A stretch of 64,000 nt of DNA. Source: an uncultured Candidatus Rokubacteria bacterium. Its GTDB lineage: Bacteria > Methylomirabilota > Methylomirabilia > Rokubacteriales > CSP1-6. This document shows, in pieces, positions 47,834 through 58,145 of the stretch; the first letter of the stretch is position 1, and the number at the start of each line of letters is the position of its first letter. The stretch is taken from the NCBI GenBank assembly GCA_963789955.1, contig CAWBMV010000012.1:288001-352000 (forward strand), read 5' to 3'. Both the position numbers and the translations under genes were made by a program. The notes beneath the pieces are model-generated. The model had not been told where the DNA came from and ran no database searches. It saw only the letters and a program-made list of their open reading frames with translations.

Positions 47834-49429
47834 ATGCGACACTACCTCTATAGCCTCGTCATCGCGATCGTCGCCGTCGCGCTGGCCGGCCCAGCCACGG
47901 CTCAGGACAAACCCCGATACGGTGGCGAGCTGGTCTTCGCGGTGCCGTCCGAGCCGCCGTCCTACGATGCCCACCGCGAGGAGACGTTCGGGGTCATCCA
48001 CCCGGTGGCCCCGCACTACAGCACGCTGCTTCGGCCCGATCCGACCGACAAGCTGGCGGCGAAGATCGTCGGAGACCTCGCCGAGTCGTGGACGATCTCG
48101 AAGGACGGCCGGACCTACACGCTCAAGCTCCGGCATGGCGTCAAGTTCCACGACGGTAGCGAGATGACGTCCAAGGACGCCAAGGCCAGCTACGACAAGA
48201 TCATCTTTCCGCCGGCCGGCGTCGCCTCGGACCGCAAGGGCGAGTACCTCGATGTGGAGGCCGTGCAAGCGCCGGATCCCTACACGCTCGTCTTCCGGCT
48301 GAAGTGGCCGTCCGGCTCGTTCCTGATGTCGTTGGCCTCCCCGTGGAACTGGATCTACAAAGCCGACATTCTGGCCAAGGACATGCGCTGGTACGAGACC
48401 CATGTGATGGGCACCGGGCCCTTCATCTTCGTCGAACACGTGAGAGGGTCCCACTGGGTCGGCAAGAAGAATCCGAACTACTGGGACAAGGGCAAGCCGT
48501 ACCTGGATGGTTACCGGGCGATATTCATCAAGGACTCCGCCGCCCAGGTTGCGGCCGTTCGCGGCGAGCGGGCGCACATCCAGTTCCGGGGGTTCTCGCC
48601 GGCCGAGCGCGACAGTCTCGTCCAGGCTCTCGGTTCCAAGATCACCGTGCAGGAGAGCCCCTGGGACTGCGCGCTGCTGGTGGCCATGAATCATGAGAAG
48701 AAGCCGTTCGACGACAAGCGGGTCAGGCGCGCCCTCTCGCTCGCGCTCGATCGATATCAGGGCTCGCAGGCGCTGTCGAAGATCGCCATCGTCAAGGAAG
48801 TCGCCGGCGTGCAGGTACCCGGGACGCCGTTCGCCACGCCGCCGGCCGAGCTCGAAAAGCTGACCGGCTATGGCCGCGACATCACAAAGTCGCGCGCCGA
48901 GGCACGGCGGCTCCTCAAGGAGGCCGGCGTCGCCGACGGGTTCGCGTTCACGTTCAAGAATCGGGGTATCCCGATGCCCTACGAGCCGGTCGGAGTCTGG
49001 CTGATCGACCAGTGGCGGCAGATCGGCCTCAACGTCAAACAGGACGTGATCGAGGCGGCCAAGTACTACGCGGAGCTCCGCGGCGGCAACTTCGAGGTCG
49101 CGATGGACTTCCAGTGCGGCTACATCGTCGAGCCCGACCTCGACCTCTACAAGTTCCAGTCGAAGGACAAAAGTCCGGCGAACTACAGCCGTTACACCGA
49201 CTCGGTGCTGGACGAGTTCTACGAGAAACAAGGCCGCGCCGTGGACACCGAGGAGCGCAAGAAGTACATCCGTGAGTTCGAGCGCCGCCTCGTCGACGAG
49301 GAGGCGCACTACCTGTACACGCTCCAGTGGCATCGGATCATTCCCCACAGCTCGAAGGTCAAGGGCTGGACGATCACGCCGAGCCACTACCTGAACAACC
49401 AGCTCGATACCGTCTGGCTGACGGAGTGA
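47834..49429 (+). CDS. Peptide/nickel ABC substrate-binding protein (family 5)
   Basis: SD AAGGAG, signal peptide, DLAESWTIS.DG, VKFHDG, GTGPF. Confidence 0.9.
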   Translation: MRHYLYSLVIAIVAVALAGPATAQDKPRYGGELVFAVPSEPPSYDAHREETFGVIHPVAPHYSTLLRPDPTDKLAAKIVGDLAESWTISKDGRTYTLKLRHGVKFHDGSEMTSKDAKASYDKIIFPPAGVASDRKGEYLDVEAVQAPDPYTLVFRLKWPSGSFLMSLASPWNWIYKADILAKDMRWYETHVMGTGPFIFVEHVRGSHWVGKKNPNYWDKGKPYLDGYRAIFIKDSAAQVAAVRGERAHIQFRGFSPAERDSLVQALGSKITVQESPWDCALLVAMNHEKKPFDDKRVRRALSLALDRYQGSQALSKIAIVKEVAGVQVPGTPFATPPAELEKLTGYGRDITKSRAEARRLLKEAGVADGFAFTFKNRGIPMPYEPVGVWLIDQWRQIGLNVKQDVIEAAKYYAELRGGNFEVAMDFQCGYIVEPDLDLYKFQSKDKSPANYSRYTDSVLDEFYEKQGRAVDTEERKKYIREFERRLVDEEAHYLYTLQWHRIIPHSSKVKGWTITPSHYLNNQLDTVWLTE

Positions 49430-49448
49430 CCGATCGATGAATCCCGTG

Positions 49449-49610
49449 GGTGCGCGATTTCGAGCGGCGGCTGCTGGACGAGGAGGCGCACTACTTCTAC
49501 ACGCTCCAGTGGCACCGCATCATCCCGCACAGCGCCAAGATGCACGGCTGGACCGTCACGCCCAGCCACTTCGTCAACAACCAGCTCGACGGCGTGTGGC
49601 TGAGCGAATA
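49449..49610 (+). pseudogene. C-terminal remnant of a second paralogous substrate-binding protein
   Basis: RDFERRLLDEEAHYFYTLQWHRIIPHSAKMHGWTVTPSHFVNNQLDGVWLSE* mirrors the upstream C-terminus with many synonymous changes. Confidence 0.8.
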
Positions 49611-49624
49611 GCGGGCGCGCGGTC

Positions 49625-50578
49625 GTGACCAAGTACATCGTCAAGCGCCTGCTGCTGATGATTCCGACCTTGCTCGGCGTCGCGGTGCTCATCTTCTTCC
49701 TGATGCGGATCGTGCCCGGCGACATCGTCGAGCTGCGCTTCGCCGGGGAGAGCGCCTACGCGTCGAAGGAGAACCTCGACAAGGAGCGGGCGCGGCTCGG
49801 GCTCGACAAGCCGGTCTGGCAGCAGTTCGTCAGCTGGATGGGCGGGCTCGTGCGCCTCGATTTCGGGACCTCGATGTGGACGGGGGCGCCGATCGCGGAG
49901 GAGATCAAGCTGCGGTTCGCGCTCTCGCTCCAGCTCGCGATCATGGCGACGATCGTCGCCATCCTGCTGGCGATCCCGCTCGGCGTGATCGCCGCGCTCC
50001 GGCAGGACACGTGGATCGACTACGTGGTGCGCGTCATCTCGATCGCCGGGCTGGCCACGCCGTCGTTCTGGCTCGGCATCGTGTTCATCCTGGGTCTCTT
50101 GATCATCTTCAAGTGGCTGCCGCCGATGGTCTACACGCCGTTCTGGGTCAACCCCGTGCAGAACCTGGCGCAGCTGATCTGGCCGGCGCTCGCGGTCGGC
50201 TACCGCTACTCGGCGGTGGCCACGCGCATGACGCGCTCGGCGATGCTCGAGGTGCTGCGCGAGGACTACATCCGCACGGCGCGCGCGAAAGGGGTCTGGG
50301 AGAAGCTGATCCTGTCGCGTCACGCCCTGAAGAACGCGATGCTGCCCGTGCTCACGGTCATCGCGCTCGAGTTCGCCTTCCTGATCGGCGGGCTCGTCGT
50401 CACCGAGCAGGTCTTCAACCTGAACGGGCTCGGCATGCTCTTCGTGGAAGCGGTCGGCCACCGCGACTACACGCTCACGCAGGCGCTCGTCATGCTGGTG
50501 GCGTTCGTCTTCATCTTCGTCAACTTCCTGGTCGATCTGGCGTACGCGTGGATCGACCCGAGGATCCGGTTCCGCTGA
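49625..50578 (+). CDS. Peptide ABC permease DppB
   Basis: KRLLLMIPTLLGV, EVLREDYIRTARAKG. Confidence 0.9.
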   Translation: MTKYIVKRLLLMIPTLLGVAVLIFFLMRIVPGDIVELRFAGESAYASKENLDKERARLGLDKPVWQQFVSWMGGLVRLDFGTSMWTGAPIAEEIKLRFALSLQLAIMATIVAILLAIPLGVIAALRQDTWIDYVVRVISIAGLATPSFWLGIVFILGLLIIFKWLPPMVYTPFWVNPVQNLAQLIWPALAVGYRYSAVATRMTRSAMLEVLREDYIRTARAKGVWEKLILSRHALKNAMLPVLTVIALEFAFLIGGLVVTEQVFNLNGLGMLFVEAVGHRDYTLTQALVMLVAFVFIFVNFLVDLAYAWIDPRIRFR

Positions 50579-51481
50579 TGGCGATCGGACGACCGGTCGA
50601 GGCCGTCGCCGATGTCCCCGAGGCCGCGCCGCGGCGCCGGTGGCTCGCGGTGGTCGGCGAATTCTGTCGCCAGCGGCCCCTGGGCGCGCTCGGCGCCGCC
50701 GTCGTCGCCGTCAACATCCTGGTCGGCCTCGGTGCCAACGTGATCGCGCCCTACGATCCGCTGGCCACCGACTACGGCGCGATGCTCGCGCGCCCGTCGA
50801 CGGCGCACTGGCTCGGCACGGACGCGTTCGGTCGAGACGTGCTCTCGCGCATCATCTACGGCTCGCGCACGGCGATGCTGGTGGGCTTCGCGTGCGCGTT
50901 CCTCGGGGCCACGGTCGGGGCCGTGATCGGCGTCGCCAGCGCGTACTTCGCCGGCAAGGTCGATCTGCTCGTGCAGCGGGTGATGGACATCTTCCTCGCG
51001 TTTCCGCTGATCATCCTGGCGCTCGCGGTGGTGTCGATCCTCGGGCACCGGCATCGGCAACGTCATCGTGGCCATCGCGATTCCGATGATTCCGCGCGCC
51101 GCGCTCGTGGCGCGGTCGAGCGCCTTGGCGATCCGCGAGATGCCGTACGTCGACGCGGCGCGCGCGGCCGGCTTCCGGCACCGGCGCATCATCCTGCGCC
51201 ACATGCTCCCGAACGTGATGGCGCCGTACCTCATCATGCTCACGGCGTATCTCGGTCAGGCGATCCTGGCCGAGGCCTCGCTCACGTTCCTCGGGCTCGG
51301 CGTCTCCGAGCCGACGCCGGCATGGGGCCTGATGCTGAGGGGCGCCGCGGTGCAGTTCGCCGAAGCGGCGCCGTGGATGGCGATCTTTCCGGGCCTCGCG
51401 ATCAGCCTGGCCGTCTTCGCCTTCAACCTGTTCGGCGACTCGTTGCGCGATGCGCTAGACCCGCGGCTCCGCGCGCAGTGA
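50578..51481 (+). CDS. Peptide ABC permease DppC (frameshift near 51045)
   Basis: HWLGTDAFGRDVLSRIIYG, YVDAARAAG, FNLFGDSLRDALDPR. Confidence 0.9.
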
Positions 51482-51527
51482 CGGCGTCCGATACCGGCGC
51501 GAAAGCGGCCCCAACTAAGCGGAAATC

Positions 51528-51556
51528 TTGACACATTGCGTAGATTCGGGTACAAA
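51528..51556 (+). promoter_or_regulatory. sigma70 promoter of the ferredoxin gene
   Basis: TTGACA-N17-TACAAA. Confidence 0.6.
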
Positions 51557-51618
51557 AGCCGATGGCTTCGGAAGAAATAAACGCGCCGTCCACAGGCGCT
51601 CGCTAGCGGGAGGACTCG

Positions 51619-51885
51619 ATGCCGTACATCATCGCTGAACCGTGCATCAACGTGAAGGACAAGGCCTGCGTCGAGGTCTGTCCGGTGGATTGCATCTACG
51701 AAGGCGAGACGATGCTCTACATCCATCCGGACGAGTGCATCGACTGCGGCGCTTGTGAGCCCGTGTGCCCGGTCAAGGCGATCTTCGCGGAAGACGAGAC
51801 GCCGGATCAGTGGAAGAGCTTCATCGAGCTGAACAAGAAGTTCTTCAAGGACAATCCGGGAGTCAAGCCGGCCACCAAGTCCTAG
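51619..51885 (+). CDS. fdxA: 7Fe-type ferredoxin
   Basis: YIIAEPCINVKDKACVEVCPVDCI, CIDCGACEPVCP. Confidence 0.92.
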   Translation: MPYIIAEPCINVKDKACVEVCPVDCIYEGETMLYIHPDECIDCGACEPVCPVKAIFAEDETPDQWKSFIELNKKFFKDNPGVKPATKS

Positions 51886-51910
51886 CTGCACACGTCCAAC
51901 GGCAGCGCGC

Positions 51911-51956
51911 CAGGCCCGCAGGGCATTCACCGGAGTGCGGCGGGCCTGATTCTTTT
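51911..51956 (+). terminator. Intrinsic terminator after ferredoxin
   Basis: CAGGCCCGC...GCGGGCCTG followed by ATTCTTTT. Confidence 0.6.
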
Positions 51957-51977
51957 GCAAAACCACTCGTTCGTGAC

Positions 51978-51992
51978 TGGCATGCCGGTTGC
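51978..51992 (+). promoter_or_regulatory. sigma54 -24/-12 promoter
   Basis: TGGCAT-GCCGG-TTGC versus consensus TGGCAC-N5-TTGC. Confidence 0.6.
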
Positions 51993-52006
51993 CGATATGA
52001 CGAGTC

Positions 52007-52243
52007 ATGAACTCAATGCCCGGACCGAGTCCGACCGCTCCCTCGTCCACGCCCGGCTATCACGGCGCAGTGTCCGACTTCAAACGGCGGCTCATCGAGG
52101 CGACGCTCCATCAAGCGCGCGGCAACCGCACGCACGCGGCGCGCGCGCTCGGGCTGCAGCGGACATACCTGCTGCGCTTGATCCGCGATCTCGGCGTCGC
52201 GGCGCCGCCGCCACCGCCGCGCCGGAGGCGACCCGCCGCGTAG
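52007..52243 (+). CDS. Stand-alone Fis-type HTH protein
   Basis: FKRRLIEATLHQARGNRTHAARALGLQRTYLLRLIRDLG. Confidence 0.8.
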   Translation: MNSMPGPSPTAPSSTPGYHGAVSDFKRRLIEATLHQARGNRTHAARALGLQRTYLLRLIRDLGVAAPPPPPRRRRPAA

Positions 52244-52285
52244 AAGTTGACCTTTGGCGACCCGCCCGGCAATCTGTGGGCCGCC

Positions 52286-53408
52286 ATGCGTGACGTGTGG
52301 ATCGCCGGCGCCGACATGACTCGCGTCGGCCGACTGCAGGAGCCGCTGCAAGACTTGATGGCCGTCGCCGCCCATGCGGCGCTGCGGAGCGCCGATCGCG
52401 ATCGACCCGATTCGATCGTCGTCGCGACCATGAACCCCGAGGAGTTCCTGGGCGACGGCAACTTCGCCTCGAACGTCGCGACCCACATGGGCTTCGCGAA
52501 CGTCCCGGCGATCCGGGTCGAGACGGCGACGTCGTCGGGCGCGGCGGCGTTCTACACGGGCTTCGCGCAGATCGCCTCGGGGCTGGCCGATACGGTCGTC
52601 GTGGTCGGCGGCGAGAAGATGACGCATCTGCCGACGCCCAAGGTGTCGGAGCTGATCGGACGCTCGCTCGATCCGTACGAGCGCTCGTACGGAACCACCA
52701 TGCCGGCGTTCGCGGCGCTCGTCACCCGCGCCCTGATGGCGCGAGGGGTCACCGAGCGCGAGATCGCACAGGTCCCTGTCAAGAATCACGCGAACGGGGC
52801 GCGCAATCCGCTCGCTCACTTCCGCGAAGCGATCACGCTCGAGATGGTGCTCGGCAGCCGCATGGTGGCCGATCCGCTGCGTCTCTTCCATTGCTGTCCG
52901 ATCTCCGACGGCGCGGCCGCGGTGGTGCTGACCTCCGAGCGTGCCACCGTGCGCGTGGCCGGCGTGGGGCAGGGGACCGACGCGCTGGCGCTCCGGCATC
53001 GCGAGAGCCTCACGAGCTTTCGGGCGACGCAGGCGGCCGCGAGCGCGGCATTCAAGATGGCCGGCTTCGGCGCCGAGCGGATCGACGTCGCCGAGATCCA
53101 CGACGCGTTCGCGCCGTTCGAGCTCATCTCGCTCGAGGACGTGGGGCTCTTTCCCGCGGGCAAGGCGGGACCGGCCACCCTCGACGGCGAGACCGCGCTC
53201 GAGGGACGCCTGCCGATCAACCCGTCGGGCGGGCTCAAGGCGCGCGGCCATCCGCTCGCGGCCACGGGGCTCGCGCAGATCGTCGAGTGCGTCTGGCAGC
53301 TGACCTGGTGCGTGCCGCGCCGCCAGGTCGAAGTGCAGCGTGGCGCTCGCCCACTCGATCGGCGGCCCCGGCACCAACAACTGGGTCACTATCCTCGAAT
53401 CCCAATGA
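52286..53408 (+). CDS. Thiolase-family protein (SCP2/archaeal type; frameshift near 53310-53340)
   Basis: VGGEKMT, VKNHANG, CCPISDGAAA, AEIHDAF, INPSGGLKARGHPLAATG. Confidence 0.85.
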
Positions 53409-53869
53409 GCGCCATGCGCGCGGGAAGCCGGGACTCGGCGTTGATCGAGCACCTCGCGGCGTCTCGTTGTCCCGAGTGCCGGCTCGTCGCCGCGCCGCCT
53501 TCACGCTGGTGTCCGCGCCATCCGGTCGAGATGACGCCGACCTCGGTGATGGGCGGCGGTGAGGTCGTCTCGTTCACGACGTTGCTCTCGCCACCCGAGG
53601 GCTTCCGCTCGCCGCTTCACATCGCGCTGGTCGATCTGGTCGGCGGCGCGCGGCTCGTCTGCCACGGCGACAAGACCCAGGGGCTCAAGATCGGCTCATG
53701 GGTGGCCATCGAGGCGGTTGGCAACATCTACTACTTCTCGCACCTCGGCGCGCTCGATCGCGCGAAGCTCTTCTGGCGACGCGCGGGCCGAGCCGGTGAG
53801 CGCATGAGCGCGATCGCGCAGAGTCTCGCGAAGCGCGCCTGGAAAGGACGACTCCGTGGCGAAAGCTAA
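53405..53869 (+). CDS. DUF35 zinc-ribbon/OB-fold thiolase partner
   Basis: SRCPEC..PP..WCPRH, GEVVSFTT, IALVDL. Confidence 0.75.
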   Translation: MSAMRAGSRDSALIEHLAASRCPECRLVAAPPSRWCPRHPVEMTPTSVMGGGEVVSFTTLLSPPEGFRSPLHIALVDLVGGARLVCHGDKTQGLKIGSWVAIEAVGNIYYFSHLGALDRAKLFWRRAGRAGERMSAIAQSLAKRAWKGRLRGES

Positions 53870-55054
53870 AGGACCGCTGGCCGGCGTTCGTGTGCTCGAC
53901 CTCACCCGCGTCCTGGCGGGTCCCTTCTGCGCGATGATGCTCGGCGACATGGGCGCCGAGGTGATCAAGGTCGAGGAGCCCGGCAAGGGCGACGACACGC
54001 GCAGCTGGCCGCCGTTCGTCGGCGGCGAGTCGACCTACTTCATGTCGGTGAACCGGAGCAAGAAGAGCATCACCCTGAATCTCAAGGCCAAGGAAGGACA
54101 AGAGATCTTTCGGAAGCTGGTCAAGAAGTGCGACGTGCTGCTGGAGAACTTCCGTCCGGGCACGATGGACAAGCTCGGCTTCGGCTATCGCGCGCTCGCG
54201 CGCCTGAACCCGCGCCTCGTGTACTGCTCGGTGTCGGGGTTCGGCGAGTCGGGCCCCGAGGCGCACCGAGCGGGCTACGACCTGGTGATCCAGGCGGAGT
54301 CCGGCGTGATGGATCTCACGGGCTTCGCGGACGGTCCGCCCGTGAAGGTCGGCAACTCGATCGGCGACCTGGTCGGCCGGCATGTCGGCGGCCCACGGCG
54401 TCGTGCTGGCACTGCTCGCTCGAACCCGCTCCCGTCGCGGGCAAAAGGTCGAGATCTCGATGCTCGACGTCATGGCGGCGCTGCTCACATATCAAGCCGG
54501 CATCTATTTCGGCACGGGCGCGCGCCCGGCCCGCCGCGGCAACGCCCATCCGTCGATCGTGCCGTACGAGGTGTTCCGCGCCGCCGACGCGTTCGTCGTG
54601 CTCGGCGTCGCCAACAACTCGCTGTGGAACAAGTGCTGCACCGCGCTCGGGCCATCCGGAGCTCGCGACCGATCCGCGCTTCGATGCCGAGGCCAAGCGC
54701 GTGCGGAACCGCGACACGCTCGTGCCTCTGCTGAACGAGATCCTCGGGACGCGACCGGCCGCGGATTGGGTCAAGCAGTTCGAGGGCGCCGGCATTCCGG
54801 CCGGTCTCATCAAGTCCGTCGCCGAGGTGTGTGAGAGCGAGCACCTCAAGGCGCGCGGGATGATCGTGTCGCTGCCGCACCCGCGGGCCAAGAAGGTCAC
54901 CGTGATGGGCGTGCCCATCCGCCTGCATGCCACCCCCGGCGCGGCCACGATCCCGCCTCCCGTCATCGGCCAGCACACGGAGACGGTCCTGCGAAGCCTG
55001 GTGGGCCTCAGCAAGCCCGCCGTCGAGCGACTCCGCGCGCACGGCGTCGTCTGA
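53856..55054 (+). CDS. Family III CoA-transferase (CaiB/BaiF; frameshifts near 54378 and 54655)
   Basis: PLAGVRVLDLTRVLAGPFC, NRSKKSITLNLK, ENFRPG, GYDLVIQAESG. Confidence 0.9.
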
Positions 55055-55064
55055 CGCGCTGACC

Positions 55065-55665
55065 GTGTCGGCGACTCTCGCGACGCTCGCGCCCGTCACG
55101 CTCGAGGGACGCTACCTCACCCTGGAGCCGGTCGCCGAGCGCCACGCCCGCGATCATCTTCGACGTGATGCAGGACGAGGAGGTTTGTCGTTACCTCGCG
55201 TGGCCGCCGCCCCAGGCGCTCGATGAGACCCTCGCGCTGATCCGCCAGGCCGAGGACCTGATGGCCCGGCGGGAGTCGATCGTCTTCGCGCAGATCTGGA
55301 AGGCGACGGGTCGCGCGATCGGCTCGACGCGCCTGCTCGACGTGCGCCCCAATGATCGGCAGGTCGAGATCGGCTCCACGTTTCTCGGCCGCGAATACTG
55401 GCGGACTCCGGCCAATACCGAGTCGAAGTTCCTCTTCTTGCGTTATTGCTTCGAGACCCTCGGCTGCGTGCGTGTCGCGCTCAAGACCGACGGCCGCAAC
55501 GTCCGCTCTCAAGAGGCGATCACGCGCCTCGGGGCGGTCCGCGAGGGCACGCTCCGCCGGCACATGAACGTCCGCGGCTTCCAGCGCGACACGGTCTACT
55601 TCTCGATCCTCGACACCGAGTGGCCCGCCATCAGCACCCGCCTCGCGACCCGCCTCTACGCCTGA
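55065..55665 (+). CDS. RimJ/RimL-type GNAT acetyltransferase (frameshift near 55155)
   Basis: PVTLEG..LEP, VEIGSTFL, KTDGRNVRSQEAI.RLGA.REG, RDTVYFSI. Confidence 0.85.
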
Positions 55666-55726
55666 AGAGCAGTTCCTGATGATGCGTTCTTCGGTGCGGT
55701 GCGGCAGTCAGGGCTCTCGCGAGTGA

Positions 55727-55886
55727 CGGCGGCGGGGCAGGGGCGTGCGGGAGGGGTCGACGCGACCCGTTCCCTCCAAGGGACAACGGACGAGCGGCGC
55801 CCAGATGGAGCCCAGCCGCGCGCGGAAATGCGCACGCGCGCCGCGTGGTCGCGCGACCCCTCCCGCACGCCCCTGCCCCGCCGCCG
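55727..55886. repeat. About 40-bp terminal inverted repeat element (REP doublet/MITE-like)
   Basis: CGGCGGCGGGGCAGGGGCGTGCGGGAGGGGTCG(A)CGCGACC (55727-55767) and its reverse complement (55847-55886). Confidence 0.8.
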
Positions 55887-55947
55887 CCTCCCGCGGGCGC
55901 CGATTGTTGACACGTCGACGATGGAGAGGGCATGATCGGGGTCTGCC

Positions 55948-57528
55948 ATGCGCCGCCTGATCAAGATCTACGATACGACGCTCCGCGACGGCACCCAGGG
56001 CGAGGGTGTGTCCTTCTCGATGGAAGACAAGGTCCGGCTCGCGACCCGGCTCGACGCGCTGGGAATCCACTACATCGAGGGCGGTTGGCCGGGCTCGAAT
56101 CCGAAAGACCTGCGGTTCTTCCGTCGCATGCAGGACGTGACGCTCAAGCAGGCGAAGCTCGCCGCGTTCAGCATGACCCGGCGCGCCGGGGTCACGGCCG
56201 AGGCCGATGCGAACATGCAGGCGCTGCTCGACGCCGGCACGCCGGTGGCGACGATCGTCGGCAAGTCGTGGGACTTCCACGTCACCGAGGCGCTCGGCAC
56301 GACGCTTCCCGAGAATCTGGCGATGATCGGCGACACGATCGCGTTCCTCCGGCCGCGGATGGACGAGGTGCTCTTCGACGCCGAGCACTTCTTCGATGGC
56401 TTCCGCGCCAACCGCGACTACGCGCTGGCGACGTTGCGCGCGGCCGAGGCGGCCGGGGCGCACTGGCTCATCCTGTGCGACACGAACGGCGGCACGTTGC
56501 CCGCGCAGCTCGTCGCGATCATCGCGGATGTGAAGAAGCACGTGCGGACTCCGCTCGGGATCCACGTGCACAACGACGCCGAGTGCGCCGTCGCGAACTC
56601 GCTCGCCGCCGTGGCCGAAGGTGTCGGCCAGGTGCAGGGCACCCTCAACGGCTTCGGCGAGCGCTGCGGCAACGCGAACCTCGTGTCGATCATCCCGAGC
56701 CTGATCTTGAAAATGGGCCTCGACTGCATCCCCGAGCCCAACCTGCGCGAGCTTCGCGATGTCTCTCGCTTCGCCTCGGAGCTGGCCAACCGCAAACCCT
56801 GGTCGTCGCAGCCGTACGTGGGCGATTCGGCCTTCGCGCACAAGGGCGGCATGCACGTCTCGGCCGTCCAGAAGCATCCGGAGACTTACGAGCACATCGA
56901 CCCCGCGGCCGTGGGCAATCGCCGGCGCGTGCTCGTCTCCGAGCTGGCCGGTAAGTCGAACATCCTCTGGAAGGCGCGCGAATACGGCATCGACCTCGAT
57001 CAGGACACGCCGGACTCCCGTCGAATTCTCGACCAGCTCAAGACCCTGGAGGATCAGGGATTCCAGTTCGAGGGCGCCGAGGCGTCGTTCGAGCTGCTCA
57101 TGGAGCGGGCGCTCGGCCGCCACCGGCCATGGTTCACGCTCGAGGCGTACCGGGTGATCGTCGAGGAGCAGAACACCGCCCAGGAGCCAGTGGCCGAAGC
57201 GACGGTGCGTCTGCGGGTGAAGGGGATCCTGGAGCACACCGCCGCCTCTGGAAACGGTCCCGTCGACGCGCTCGACCACGCGCTCCGGAAGGCTCTCGAG
57301 GAGTTCTATCCGAACCTCAAGACCATGAGGCTCCTGGACTACAAGGTGCGCATCCTGGACGAGTCGAAGGGGACAGCGGCCAAGACGCGCGTTCTGGTGA
57401 CCTCGGGCGACGGCGACGAGACCTGGGGCACGGTCGGCGTCGCGGACAACATCATCGAAGCCTCATGGCAGGCGCTGGTGGACTCGGTCGAGTACAAGCT
57501 TCGTCGCGATAGTTCCGCTCGTCGCTGA
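55948..57528 (+). CDS. cimA: Citramalate synthase
   Basis: [60 protein letters not shown]. Confidence 0.9.
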   Translation: MRRLIKIYDTTLRDGTQGEGVSFSMEDKVRLATRLDALGIHYIEGGWPGSNPKDLRFFRRMQDVTLKQAKLAAFSMTRRAGVTAEADANMQALLDAGTPVATIVGKSWDFHVTEALGTTLPENLAMIGDTIAFLRPRMDEVLFDAEHFFDGFRANRDYALATLRAAEAAGAHWLILCDTNGGTLPAQLVAIIADVKKHVRTPLGIHVHNDAECAVANSLAAVAEGVGQVQGTLNGFGERCGNANLVSIIPSLILKMGLDCIPEPNLRELRDVSRFASELANRKPWSSQPYVGDSAFAHKGGMHVSAVQKHPETYEHIDPAAVGNRRRVLVSELAGKSNILWKAREYGIDLDQDTPDSRRILDQLKTLEDQGFQFEGAEASFELLMERALGRHRPWFTLEAYRVIVEEQNTAQEPVAEATVRLRVKGILEHTAASGNGPVDALDHALRKALEEFYPNLKTMRLLDYKVRILDESKGTAAKTRVLVTSGDGDETWGTVGVADNIIEASWQALVDSVEYKLRRDSSARR

Positions 57529-57594
57529 CCCGCCGGTCAGGAACTGTTCGGCTCCCCTCTTCAGTACCGATCACGAACCATCTGGATCGAGAGT

Positions 57595-57700
57595 GATCTA
57601 GGTGGTCAAATACCTACCAGGATCGGGCTGCTCGCCATACCGTAAGTTTCCTTAAATACAGAGAAAATGCCCATGCCTGAGACTCGGTATCGGAATTGCT
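57595..57700 (+). promoter_or_regulatory. sigma54-type promoter with upstream dyad and AT-rich (IHF-like) tract
   Basis: GG-N10-GC in TCGGTATCGGAATTGCT (GG 57686-7, GC 57698-9); imperfect dyad GGTGG-TCAAATAC-CTACC (57601-57618); AT-rich 57643-57668. Confidence 0.5.
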
Positions 57701-57727
57701 TTTTCCGGTACCCAGGAGGGCTCAGAC

Positions 57728-58012
57728 ATGTCGGTCAATGGAGCGGCGGTCAGTGAGTCGGTCAACGGTGGCGGGTCTCGCACGTGGCACCAGCCGCGTG
57801 GCGTAGGCCGCCCATCGACGGTGGCTCCGTTCGCACCTCAGATCGAGGCATGGCTGCGTGAGACACCTTCGATGTCGGGTGCAGAGGTGCTCCGTCGCGC
57901 GCGTGAAGTCGGCTACCGCGGCGGGAAGAGCGCGCTCTACGAGCTCGTGCGGCGTCTGCGGATTCCCGTCGCGGCGAGCCTGTCGGTCGTCCCGTCCAGC
58001 GGCAGCCACTAG
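57728..58012 (+). CDS. Small HTH protein resembling the IS21 IstA DNA-binding region
   Basis: SD AGGAGG; RGVGRPSTVAPFAPQIEAWLRETP.MSGAEVLRRAREVGYRGGKSALYELVRRLR. Confidence 0.7.
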   Translation: MSVNGAAVSESVNGGGSRTWHQPRGVGRPSTVAPFAPQIEAWLRETPSMSGAEVLRRAREVGYRGGKSALYELVRRLRIPVAASLSVVPSSGSH

Positions 58013-58024
58013 TCGCTAGTGGCG

Positions 58025-58068
58025 CCGGACCCGCACCGAGGATTCGAGCACGCTCGGTGCCGGGTCGG
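58025..58068. terminator. Hairpin between convergent genes
   Basis: ACCCGCACCGAG...CTCGGTGCCGGGT. Confidence 0.45.
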
Positions 58069-58145
58069 TTGTCGGCCGGCGGTGCTCCGCCGGCCCGCGG
58101 TCTGAAGCTCTAGAAGGCCGCGTCGACCCCGAGAAGCGCTCGCGG

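Noticed and set aside
49270..49610. DGR variable/template repeat pair
   Set aside because: Differences are mostly synonymous third-position changes rather than adenine-specific, and there is no reverse transcriptase in the window.
52247..53869. Thiolase-DUF35 fusion (540-aa ORF)
   Set aside because: The thiolase C-terminus (ALAHSIGGPGTNNWVTILESQ*) lies in another frame and ends in an ATGA overlap at 53405-53408.
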